From: Macrostomum lignano
Taxonomy: Eukaryota
NCBI GenBank assembly: GCA_002269645.1
Contig: NIVC01000292.1
Span: forward strand, 806,001-870,000
Length of the DNA stretch: 64,000 nt
Reading direction: 5' to 3'
Position numbers and translations under genes: made by a program. The notes below the pieces were generated by a model, which had not been told where the DNA came from, did no database searches, and worked only from the letters and a program-made list of their open reading frames with translations. Of the stretch, positions 12,086-23,301 are shown in pieces. The stretch's first letter is position 1, and each line of letters opens with the position of its first letter.

Positions 12086-13559
12086 GGTATATATTTTATT
12101 AGGGAATTGTTACCTTTTTGGTATAAAATCTTATGTATTTACTTAGGTCTAACTAAACTAGGAATTGCATTCTGGCATGCAATTGACACCTTGGCTTAAA
12201 ATTAATATAAAATTAAAATATATAGATAAGTTTGAAGCTTATTACTAGTCTTAAACCTTTATAAAGAAAAGGTATTTAAGTATAAATATTATCATACTTA
12301 AAATCTAGATGAACCTATGTTTTCATAAAACTAAAAAGTTTGTTTTTCAAGTTAATATATTTATGGAAATAATTGCAATTTAATACTTACATTAAAGTAT
12401 ATTGCCATCCTAATACTAAACCTGACGCGATGTTTGTGTGTTGCAAGTGAACTCCTACAATTCTGCCAAGTCAGCGTTGAAACTTATATGGGAAAACTGC
12501 AAATTTTCCGGAGCAGGCTTTAGGCTATTTTAATTTTTAATTTTCACATTTTAACATCCCTAAAAAAGCAGAAAACTGCTTTTTAAACCCCTAATAACCT
12601 TCTTTGGCCACTCTGCCTGGGGCTGCAGCCAGTTTTTAAAAATAGCCACCCCAACCTCCGCCCGCGGGCCGCTGTGTATTGAGGGGTGGTGGGTGCGAGT
12701 GGAAATAAAACCCCCCGCGTGTTGGGGGGTTCAGTTAAATTTAATGCTTCCCCCAGAACGGGGGGTTGGGCTTGGGCTGAGTGTACATAGCAGTTGTACA
12801 GTGTAAACAGATAGATAGGAATCAGGACTGTGTCGAGATTCAATTGGTTTTATTATTGGCGCCTTTTTTCTCCATAGGCATCCCTGTGTATTAGCTTAGC
12901 AGTGAAATTCAATGAATTGCGAGCTTCTCTAGCAAGCAGTCGGGAGATCGGTAAATTTCAAACGCTAACTGTTCCTCGAGTTTTAAACTTTGATATGATA
13001 AACTTATATTGCTGTAAAGATCTTGCAACGCAGAGTTCGAGGATATAAGTTGTTTGCTTTATATATGAAAACTAAAAGCTTTTCATTGGGAAAATTATTC
13101 CCATACTTTTAACTTTTTGCAAAAATTGTAATCAGTTTTGCGAGACGTAATAGATAAAGTTGGGGGGAGGGTTCAACTTCTCACTGCTGCTGTGTATTGG
13201 AGGGTTGATTTAGATTGACTGACTGACTGTGAAATCAGTTGCGCAATGAATTGATTCAATTAGTTCAATATTTTTATCAGTGCCTTTTAACACGAACCTG
13301 TGCGTAGTTCAAACCCTAACCCTAACCCTAACCCTAACCAATGAATCTGGAGAGTTGAGTTGTTTGACGGAAAAAATTCGATTGAGTCCAGTTTAGCGGA
13401 GACAATTTCAATGTTTTAATTTTGACGGAGAGGATTTCTGTTTCGTGGAGAGGATTTCGATGGTGTTCAGTTTCACGGAGAGGATTTCGCTGATGTTCAG
13501 CTTCACGGACAGGATTTCTGCTTCGCGGAGAAGATCTTGATAGATTTGGCATCTTCAAT

Positions 13560-14690
13560 CAGTCAGAGAAAAGAGTAAAGAGAAGAATGAAAAGAGAAGA
13601 GAGATGAGATGATAGAAAACAGAGTAGAAATGAGTAGAGAAATTAGACATGACAGATGGGAGAGAAGAGGGGAGTAAGGCGGGAACGAAGGAGAGAGAAG
13701 AGAAGAGGAGAGAGGAGATGAAGGGAGAGGATATGAGAGAGGAGATATGAGATAGCAGAGAGGAGACAGGAGAGAGAAGAAAGGAGGGATAAGAGCGTAC
13801 AGAGGCAATAGAAGAGAGGAAAGAGAGGAGAGAGGTGAGAGGTGAGAGGAGAGAGATGAAAGATCAGAGATCAGAGATTTAAGAGAAGAAAGTAGTGAGG
13901 AGAAAGAAGAGGGTAAAGATGAGAGTGCAGAGAAGAGAGAAACGAGAGGAGACAGGTGGTAGAAAGGAGTGTAAAAGCAGCAGATAAGAAAGGGGAGGGT
14001 GAGAGTGAGAGCATATAGGAAAGTGTAAAAGGGGAGCAGAGGAGAGAGAATAGATAAGTGAGTAGAGAAGAGATATGAGAGAGGAAAGACGAGGGGAGAG
14101 AGGAGACAGGAGAGAGTAAATTTGAAAGACCTGGGAGAAGAGATAAATAAGATAGTACAGATGAGAGGAGAGAGAGAGGAGAGATGAGAGATGCAATGAG
14201 AAAAGAGATGAGTGAGAAAATAAGAGAGAGAAGAGATTAGAGATTAGAGAAGAGATGAGGGGAGATGAGAGGAGAGAAGAGAGAATGGAGAGGAGAGAAA
14301 AGAGAGGAGAGAGACAGGTGATGCAGTAGAAAGGAAGGAAGAAAAATGGGAGATAAGAAAGGAGAGGTTGAGAGCGTATAAGAGATACGAGAAATGAGAG
14401 CAGAGAGAAGAGAGAAAAGGGAAGAGAGAAAGTAGAGCGGAGACGATAGATAAGTGATTAGAGATGAGATATGAGAGAGGAGAAAAAAGGGGAGAGATAA
14501 GATAGAAGATAGGAGAGTAGACAGGAGAGGGAGAAGAGAAAGACGAAAGACGAGGGAGAAGAGATAAATAAGGGAGTAGAGATAAATAAGAGAGTAGGGG
14601 TAGAGATGAGATGAGAGAGAGGAGAGAGAAGCGAGTCACGATAATAGCGAAGAGAGGAGAGAGTAGATATGAGAGACGTAAGTGTCTTTG
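13560..14690. repeat. Purine-rich (GA) low-complexity tract
   Basis: Almost entirely A/G on the + strand. It is the source of the Leu/Ser-rich spurious ORFs 13563-14750. Confidence 0.9.
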
Positions 14691-15058
14691 AGCTATGGTC
14701 TTTGAAAGGTTTGTAAAGAATTTGGAGACAATTTGGAAGATGGGATTCAAGACATGGAATTTCAGTTGATGGATAATTCAGGGAATGGAATTCCGGTGAT
14801 GGGAGTTCTTCCCCTTTCTCCTCCGAAGGAGGAGTTCCACTTGTTAAGCCTAAAATTTAAATGGTAATAAATTTAAACCTATTAAAATTTAAATCCATTG
14901 CAAAGCTATTTTGACTTTATATAGTAGTGGATCCAAAAAGAGGCAGAGGGTTGTCTCCCTCTTTTGCCATGGCTGAACTTGCATATAAGGGGGAGTATTG
15001 CAATTTTTGGCTTATTTAAAGCTTATTATAGGCCAACCCAAAAAGTTAGGCCTATCCA

Positions 15059-16169
15059 CCCAGGGGGTCTATGAAATTTGCTTGCAAGAAGTTTGCTTGC
15101 CAAAGTTTGCTTGCAGGACTTTTGCTTGCAGAAATTTGCTTGCCAAAGTCTGCTTGCCAAACTTTGTCTGCCAAATTTTGCTTGCCAAATTTTGCTTGCC
15201 AAACTTTGCTTGCCAAACTTTGCTTGCAGAATTTTGCTTGCGGAATTTTGCCTGCCAAAGTTTGCTTACCGAGCTTTGCTTGCTGGAAATTTGCTTGCTG
15301 CACATAAGCTTGCCAAAGTTTGCTTGCAGGAACTTTGCTTGCCAAGATTTGCCAGCCATAGTTTTCTTGCGGAACCTTAGAGAACCTATTATTGAGCTCT
15401 TGTATTTCTAATTTTTGTTTTCTAAGATTTGTGGAAGTTGCCTATAGTGTTATGATTTTGTATGAGGATATGCAGATTTGAAAAGCCCTAATGCAGAACA
15501 TTGTAAGATAAGATTGTTCTTAGCTCCCATCTCTGTAGTGTAAAAGTTTCGACGTACAATTGAACTTATACTACGACAGCTTTATATTGCAACCCTTAAA
15601 TTCTTAGAATGAAACTCTATAAGCCTAGTTTGAAAGCTCGGTGTCAAGTCAGTTTACATTGATGCTGATAAGAATCCACTTGCAAAGCATCTGTAGTAAT
15701 AATAATTGACGGACCAACTTCACAAGCAATCAAAACAAGCAAGCAGACAAGAAAATATTCTAATTTGGCAAGTTAAAACCTTGCAATTGTGATTGCAAAT
15801 TTCTAGGAAGCAGACATCAAAATTCCGCAAGCAAAGTTCGGCAAGCAAAGTTCCTGCAAGCAAACTTCGGCAAGCAGAATTCCTGCAAGCAAATTTCCTG
15901 CAAGCTAACTTTGGCAAGCAAAGTTCAGCAAGCAAAGTTCGGCAGGCAAAATTCCACAAGCAAAGTTCGGCAAGCAAAGTTTGGCAAGCAAAATTCGGCA
16001 AGCAAAGTTCAGCAAGCAAAGTTTGGAGAGCAATATTCTGCAAGCAAAGCTCGGCAAGCAAAGTTCAGCTAGCAAAATTCCATTAGCAAAGCTCGGCAAG
16101 CAAAGTTCGGCTAGCAAAATTCCTGCAAGCAAACTTCCCACAAGCAAACGTTGTATTCCCCCACCTGGG
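15059..16169. mobile_element. Foldback-like element with inverted arms built from short tandem repeats
   Basis: Begins CCCAGG and ends CCTGGG. The left arm 15075-15352 is (AAGTTTGCTTGCC)-like repeats, the right arm about 15722-16149 is the reverse complement (GCAAGCAAAGTT)-like, and a unique spacer lies at about 15360-15720. No TSD was found. Confidence 0.65.
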
Positions 16170-19100
16170 ATCGCCCCCACCTACTTAAAAAATCCTAGAT
16201 CTGCCACTGACTTTTTATACAATTGTTTTATAAATACATTAATAAGATATAGGATAATTATAATATTCTATTCTAGGCTTAGAAGATATAACTTGATATA
16301 GGCCTAGAAAGCACCATTTTTAATTTTATATAAAAAGGGAAAGGAAAAAATTGCTTTTCTTTTTCTATTTTTTTAATAATGAAATTGATATTAAATAGCA
16401 AAGAGTCTAAGTTTTTTTATAGATAAGTACTTGATCATATATTAATACCATTTGCTATATTAACTTTGAAACCTATATGATAGCCTACATTAAGTGACTA
16501 GGTAAATTTATTCTATTATCATTTTTATTCTAAATTTCTAAGTTATAAGCCAAAACAAGATTCACTTTAAATAAATTAATAGTAATTGAAAAATGCCAAT
16601 CAATAATAAACAAATAAATAAATTCTATGCAATATATTAATTAGTATTAGTTTGTTTCATAGTATTTGATAAAGAAAAGACTTGCATCTTTTTTTATTCA
16701 TTGCCTATATAAATATATTTGGTCGATACTCTACTTTGCTAGTTAATGATTAGAGATAAGATAAATATTTGGAATTAAATCAAATTGATTGAATATTTAA
16801 TTTGAATTGAAAAGTTGAGAATCTAAATACTGAATAGTTGCTTTGATATAGGATAAAGATTTAGAACAAGTCAAGAGTTGAGCATTGGTGCTGTTGCTCA
16901 TAACTTAAAGGAAAAATTAGAAATAAATAGTAACTAGGGAATTAAGGACTAAAAAGTTTGGATTTGAAGAGTAAAAAATATGGACTTGTGACTTGTGGGC
17001 TTATGGCTTATAAATGAGGGAGGGGATTAAGAATGAGACAATATGTGGCATATCCTAAGGAAAGGCATAGCAGGGTTGCTTGAGCTTAAGTTGAGCAGTC
17101 ACAAGTACATTTTGTTTGGATTAACTATTTTAGTTTTAGGAGGCTTTGAGACTTTATGAAAAAGATTGTTAAGAATGAACTTTATAGAACATAAGGCCAA
17201 CTCCTCCTTTTGGAGGAGAAAAGGGAAGAACTCCTATCACTGGAATTCTATTCCCTGAAATCTATCAGCTGAATTCCATGACCCAAGTCCCATCATCCAA
17301 CTCTAAAGACAAAAAATCCTCTCCATAAAATTGAACACTATCGAAATGCTCTCCGGGAAATAGGACTCAGTTGAAATTTTCTCTATCAAAAAGAACTCAA
17401 CTCTTAGGATTCATTGGTTAGGGTTAGGGTTAGAGCTTCCACAGAGCTGCATGTTGAAAGATGCCAATAAAAAATATTGAATTAATTGAATAAATTGATT
17501 GTGCAACCAGTTTTTCAGTCAGCCAGTATCAGTCTCAGTTAAAGTTAACAAAATGATTTTGCAATCTAAATCAACCCTCCAATACACAGTGGCAGTAAAC
17601 CCTTCCCCCCCCCCCAACTTTATCTATTACATCCTGCAAAACTGAGTACAATCTTTGCAGAAAGTTAAAAGTATAGAAATCATTTTTAAAATGCTGTGCT
17701 TTTCCTTTTTCACATTTAAAGCAAACAACTTATATCCCCAAACTCAGCGTTGCAAGATCTATCCAGCAATATAAGTCTCTCCTCTCTAAGTTCAAAACTC
17801 AAGGAACAATTAGCATTTGAAATTTCCCGATTTCTAGCATTGGAATATTGAGTGTACATTGACTGCTTGCTACAGTGAGAGGCTTGCAAATTTATGCATT
17901 GAATTTCACTGTCTACCAGTTAGCAAGGCTCCAAGTGTACAAACGCAACCACTTAGAATGCCCTATCCCCTCTCTGGAGAGAAAATGCATTTTCAAGATA
18001 GGAAAAAGTTGTGGCTTAATCACTCAAAATTGATGCAAATTTTTTTCAGAGCAGAAAAAGTGGCCAAAGAAAGTTAAGAAAGTTTTCTGTTTTTTTAACA
18101 AATGATTTTTTAAAATTCAACATCAAAATACCCTATTTGTTGCATAGGAAAATTCTGCGACTGTATTGATATATATAAGTCCCGCATTTGAGTTGCCAGC
18201 TATCTAGGAGATACACATTAAACCTGATTGATCAATTGATCCACTCAGCTTTATATTATAGAACATGAATTTGAAGCACTATTTCTCACAAACTCAGAGG
18301 CCTAAAGCTGGCATTTGGTCTAGGTATGTTTTATTAGATAAGATGCAAGCCTACTGATCAAGGGCTGCTAAATGGAATAAGGCTAGATATTAAATATGAT
18401 GTTGCTTCTAGCAGCAAGTGTACCAAACATTTTCATGCAAATTTAATCATTGCAATGGATGGCTATACCAAAGTGCTTACCTATGTGGCAGTTTTCCAAA
18501 CAATGGAGCAATGAATGGATCATTTATAGAACAATGAAAGTCAGTCCACATTGATAATTGACTTGATAGCAGTTTATTTATAATGAATTCATTTAACCAT
18601 CAATAAGTACTACTGACAAGTGACTAATGAGTAGCAAGATAAGTAATTGATTGAAATATTTATTTAGTATTATTTCATATTCGAATCAAATTGGTTCAAA
18701 AAATTCATCTTTATTATTGACTCCAGCCACTATAAATTGATTTATTAATAGCTAGCCAATCAGAGCAAGTATAAGGTAAATAATACATGATTGTAGAAAG
18801 TGTTGATACCAATGATTAGGGGAGGGGTTTAGCAAGTATAGTAGAATTAGGTTAATATATAGTGTTTCACCTAGATAAATTCAAAATATAGATCATTGAT
18901 ATAGTCTAGATCAGAAAGTGAAGGAAATTGAATAGAAAGAGAAGGAAGAGAAAAAAGATGAGCAATAAAAGGAAAAAGGACATAAGATGAAAAGAGGGGG
19001 AAAAGATAAGAGAAGAGGGGAAAGAACTGAGAAGACAGCTAAGAATAGGCAAACCTTAAGTGGGCCAGATAGCTATTATAAAATTTCAAAGGACCCCCAA

Positions 19101-19686
19101 TGGCCAAACACAAAATCTTTTTGGTCCATCTGTGGCCTATAGGCCAGAGTTTATGAACCCCTATACTAGTCTAAGCTTGTGTAATTGAATATTAGAGTTT
19201 TTACAATAGAAAGGACAAGCCATTTGTATAATATCACATTGAGTATTCTTATATAGATAAATATGTAGATTATAAGTTTGTTTGTAAATAGCCTTATTAT
19301 TACATTGTTTAGCAATTTGACAATCATTATTCGCATATTTACAAACAATGAACAATCATTACTACAAACAATGCATTGTCCATCGGATTGTCAAACAGAA
19401 AAACAATGCAAAGAATCAGCAGTCGCAGCACGTGACAACTGACAACGATTTGTCTATGGCTCATGCCTACTGGCGCTCGCCAGACAATCGTTGTCACGCA
19501 TTGGGACTGCTGATTATTTATCCATTGTATGTTGTTTTATTTTAGGAGGATTCTAATTGAGAATTTGATTTAGTGTGCACCTTAAATGACATATCAAAAC
19601 ATGTTTCAAGACCTTGAGGTATTTTTATGCAGTGACTGGCTCAGTTCCATTAAAAAGTTTTTCCATTGCTAGTGAAAAAAAACATT

Positions 19687-19850
19687 TATGTTAACCACTG
19701 TTGATTTTTACAATGTATATGCATAGTTACTAAAGCTATTAAAAGCACTAAATTTTTAACAAAACTATTATGTTAACCACTGTTGATTTTTACAATGTAT
19801 ATGCATAGTTACTAAAGCTATTAAAAGCACTAAATTTTTAACAAAACTAT
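19687..19850. repeat. 82-bp direct tandem duplication
   Basis: tatgttaaccactgttgatttttacaatg...aacaaaactat starts at 19687 and again at 19769. Confidence 0.9.
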
Positions 19851-20242
19851 TATGTTAATTAAAAATTTGCAATGTTTTTCTGGTTTACAATGTTATATAA
19901 GCATGACTATTAAAATCTATCCAATATTAATTTTTATCAGTATTTTTATTTCAATTTCTATTCCCAAATCAAAGTTTAGACACCTTTGGTATTAATTTAT
20001 TGATTGAGTTAAAATTTATATATATTTTATAGTAAAGCCAATAATAATATTGCTAATTAACTATTACCAGTGATCTACTTAAAATACTTCTTTGTTAAAT
20101 CTAGATACCGAGTATGGACCAGATTTATAGAGCTAAATACCTGACAAATTTTAAAACATTAGCACTTAAATTGTGTGAAAATGCTTCCTAAAGTTTCTTC
20201 AATTTTAATTATAGTTTATTGTAATGATAAAAATTAAGTATG

Positions 20243-20682
20243 TGATTCATCTAGTCATCAGCTATAGTGATGAGTCATGCCAGCACTGATTCATCTAGTC
20301 ATCAGCTATAGTGATGAGTCATGCCAGCACTGATTCATCTAGTCATCAGCTATAGTGATGAGTCATGCCAGCACTGATTCATCTAGTCATCAGCTATAGT
20401 GATGAGTCATGCCAGCACTGACTCATCTAGTCATCAGCTATAGTGATGAGTCATGCCAGCACTGATTCATCTAGTCATCAGCTATAGTGATGAGTCATGC
20501 CAGCACTGATTCATCTAGTCATCAGCTGTAGTGATGAGTCATGCCGGCACTGATTCATCTAGTCATCAGCTGTAGTGATGAGTCATGCCGGCACTGATTC
20601 ATCTAGTCATCAGCTGTAGTGATGAGTCATGCTGGCACTGATTCATCTAGTCATCAGCTGTAGTGATGAGTCATGCCGGCAC
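20243..20682. repeat. 44-bp minisatellite, 10 copies in two variant blocks
   Basis: Unit TGATTCATCTAGTCATCAGCT(A/G)TAGTGATGAGTCATGCC(A/G)GCAC. The first 6 copies carry A/A and the last 4 carry G/G (one has GCTGGC). Confidence 0.95.
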
Positions 20683-20895
20683 AATGCACTATTCTACAAT
20701 TTTGCTTGATTTGGTATTGATTTGCTTAATTATATTTTAGTCTGTTACAAACCACAGTACAAATACGAGCATTGCCATTGGCCTCTATTTATTTCGATAC
20801 ATATCGGCGCCATCAAACCCGCAGCACCAGCCAGTCAAGGCGGCCAACCTGCATTCAAGACGAGTCGCGCGCGCCAGCCGCCGCAGCAGCCGGAC

Positions 20896-23301
20896 ATGGG
20901 CTCCTCTAACCAGGATGACCCGCTGCCCAAAGAGGTGTACTCCAGGTGGGCGGACTGGCTGCTAGGCTCCTCGGAGTCTCTGTGGGCCCAGGAGCCGCCG
21001 GACCAGCAATGGCCGGACAGCAGCAAGGAGGAGGACCTGGAGATGCGACTGCCAGCTGAGCTGCTCAGCGACATCAACAATGCCACGGCTGAGCTGCCGC
21101 CCACCATGCCGCCGCCGCTGCTGCCGCCTCCACCTCTGCAGCAACAGCAGCAGCAACAGCAGCCAGTGCAGCTGCCTGCCCACCACCAGCCGCTGATGCC
21201 GCCCGGCCCCAGGCCTCTCGAAACCGGCGGCCATCCGGATCGTCGGGAGCGGACAACGTCGACCAGTTCAGCGGCCACGCGTGCGCTGCGCCTGTCTCAG
21301 ATTCCTCCGCTGATGCCGCAGCCGCCGCCCAACGCAGCCAGGCACCAGCCGCATCAGCGCCCAGCCTCCTCCAGCAGCGTTGGCGCCACCGCTGCACCAG
21401 TGCGACAGCCGCGCCGACGGCAGAACCGGCAGGCGACACCGCCGGCAGCTGTGGCAAACGCCGGGGTGGCTGCCAGCGTCGCGGGCGTCTCCGCGGCGTC
21501 GGCACCGGTTTCTGCTGCTGCCAATTGCGGTCACTCCGCGACTGCCGGCGCTGCGAACTCCGCGCCGGCCGAAGAGATGCCGCCACCTCCGCCGCCGCCG
21601 CCGGCTCCATCAGCGCCGACACCTGTCGGGCCGGACAGCAGCCGGAAGCCGACCTACTCGGACATCATCAAGAAGCAGAAGGCCGCCGCCGCTGCCGCTG
21701 CAGCCGCCGCCGCCACTGCGGCTGCTTCGAGCTCTGCGGGCTCTGCAGCCGGGTCGCAGGCTGCCTCGTCGCCGAGTCATCAGCGGGCGGCGGCAGGCGA
21801 CAGCCCAGTCAGGACTCAAGCCGCCGCTGCCCCAGCAGCACCTGGCAAGCGAGAGGCGTCCGCTGCAGCTGGACCTGCCGCGGTTCGAAATGCCGGCCAC
21901 CCTGCAGGCGTAAATTCTGGGACTGCGGCCGCTCAGCCGTCTGGGACCGCGGCAACGCCAGCGGCTCCGAGCTCCAGCGACTCGACCAACTCGACCTCCG
22001 TCACCGGGCGGCGCGGCAATCGCCAGACATCTGCTGGCCGGCCCGCTAGCCATCCCGCGCCGCAGGCCACAAAGTCTCAGCATCATCATGCAGTCCAGCC
22101 TCCTGGTCCCAATCATCATCATCAACAGCAGCAACAGCAGCAGAAGCTGGCCGATGGCGCGCAGCAGCGATCCGCTTCCATAGACTTGTCTCAGCCATCG
22201 CCGCTGCCGGCCCAGCCGCTCAGCGGCAGCAGCGAGGACCGGCGCCAGCAGCAGCTGCTCAACAACGCCAAGCCGTTGCCGCCCGGCCATTGCGGCGGCG
22301 GCTCCGCCCCGGCCACCGCCGGCTTCATCAACAATCTGCGCCGGGGCTCCTGCGACAGCAGCAGCCTGGACGACAGCGCCGGGAGCGGCAGCGGCGTCGG
22401 TGGCAGTCGCCAGGCTCTGGCCGGCCGGCCCAACAGCGCATCCGGCAAGTCCGGTGCGGCGGCTTCAGCGGCCCGGCGTCGGCAGACTGCAGGCGGCGCC
22501 TCTTCCGCCTCCACAGGACGGTCCGGTGGAGCTTCAGGCGGCTCCAGCGCCTCGGGTAGCGGCGGAGGCGGCAGCGGCCTTGTTGAAGGCGCCTCGCTGC
22601 TGCTGGTGGCCTTCTTCCAGCTGCTGCTGTGCTGCGTCCGCTCCCTGGCCGCGGCCGCCGTTGGCCTGGCGCTGTCCTGCCTGGCCTGGTGCCGCCAGCA
22701 CCGTCAGCAGCGTCGCCGGCGCCGCCGCCCAGCTTGGCTACCGGCCGGCCTGCAGGCAAACGTGGAGCTGCCGCTGACCGCCGAGGACACGGTGCGCCGC
22801 CTGCTGGCCTGCCAGGACCACCGCGACGCCTACAGCGTGCCGTACAGCACTACCGGCACCAGCTCCGCCTGCTGCAAGCCGCGCCACGCCGAGCAGCGCG
22901 CGAACGCCAACAGGCGCGAATTCGACAGCGGGGCGGCCGGTGGCCACGCCGACATGGCGCAGCTGGCGGCCGACCTGCAGCTGGCGGTGCACCGCCTGCC
23001 CTGCGCCAGGTGCTCCGGCCGGCACCTGTGGCTGCCCACCGACCTCAGCCCGCAGGCCGCCCGCTACTGCTCCGCCTGCCGCGTCCGCCACCCGGCCCAG
23101 GACGGCGACCTGTGGGCGGAGTCGCGCCTGCTGGGCCTTCGCCGGGTCTTCCTGGCCTGCCAGGACGGCCGGGTCTGCCAGGTGAACGAGCTGGCCAGGT
23201 GCCAAGCTGAGCTGTTCGCCAAGCTGCAGCCCGACTGCCACCGCTGCCAGCTGCGCCGGGCCGAGGCAGCCCCGCCCTACCGGTTCGTCTACAGAAAGTA
23301 G
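20896..23301 (+). CDS. DNAJC14: DNAJC14/Jiv-like protein with a degenerate J-domain and an intact Jiv90 Cys/His domain (single exon, about 801 aa from the first ATG)
   Basis: The C-terminus LPCARCSGRH...ARYCSACRVRHPAQDGDLWAESRLLGL matches the DNAJC14 Jiv90 pattern (MCSRCQGKH...[27 protein letters not shown], recalled from the human protein). A hydrophobic segment precedes it and the N-terminus is long and low-complexity. No HPD motif is present. The start codon is uncertain because the ORF track starts at a TTG at 20722. Confidence 0.75.
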   Translation: MGSSNQDDPLPKEVYSRWADWLLGSSESLWAQEPPDQQWPDSSKEEDLEMRLPAELLSDINNATAELPPTMPPPLLPPPPLQQQQQQQQPVQLPAHHQPLMPPGPRPLETGGHPDRRERTTSTSSAATRALRLSQIPPLMPQPPPNAARHQPHQRPASSSSVGATAAPVRQPRRRQNRQATPPAAVANAGVAASVAGVSAASAPVSAAANCGHSATAGAANSAPAEEMPPPPPPPPAPSAPTPVGPDSSRKPTYSDIIKKQKAAAAAAAAAAATAAASSSAGSAAGSQAASSPSHQRAAAGDSPVRTQAAAAPAAPGKREASAAAGPAAVRNAGHPAGVNSGTAAAQPSGTAATPAAPSSSDSTNSTSVTGRRGNRQTSAGRPASHPAPQATKSQHHHAVQPPGPNHHHQQQQQQQKLADGAQQRSASIDLSQPSPLPAQPLSGSSEDRRQQQLLNNAKPLPPGHCGGGSAPATAGFINNLRRGSCDSSSLDDSAGSGSGVGGSRQALAGRPNSASGKSGAAASAARRRQTAGGASSASTGRSGGASGGSSASGSGGGGSGLVEGASLLLVAFFQLLLCCVRSLAAAAVGLALSCLAWCRQHRQQRRRRRRPAWLPAGLQANVELPLTAEDTVRRLLACQDHRDAYSVPYSTTGTSSACCKPRHAEQRANANRREFDSGAAGGHADMAQLAADLQLAVHRLPCARCSGRHLWLPTDLSPQAARYCSACRVRHPAQDGDLWAESRLLGLRRVFLACQDGRVCQVNELARCQAELFAKLQPDCHRCQLRRAEAAPPYRFVYRK

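Larger units (their letters stand above)
10190..15058. repeat. Pair of ~110-bp imperfect inverted repeats (about 10190-10300 and 14950-15058), possibly termini of an old DNA transposon
   Basis: ggatag..caactttttgggttgg..taaataagcc..aaaatt.caata..ccccttatatgcaagttcagcca..gcaaaagaggg is present at 10193 and as the reverse complement ending near 15058. Confidence 0.55.
12430..18225. repeat. Large diverged inverted repeat: arm about 12430-14830 versus arm about 17200-18225
   Basis: Blocks such as cttatattgctg..agatcttgcaacgc.gagtt..ggatataagttgtttgcttta, taatagataaagttgggggg, ccctaacc..aaccaatgaat and ggagttcttcccttt..ctcctcc.aaggaggagtt occur forward in the left arm and reverse-complemented in the right arm. 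The left arm carries an extra ~1.1-kb GA-rich tract. Confidence 0.75.

Noticed and set aside
13313-13338. Interstitial telomere (TAACCC)4
   Set aside because: It is only about four units and is part of the repeat arm also present near 17420, so it is not evidence of a chromosome fusion.
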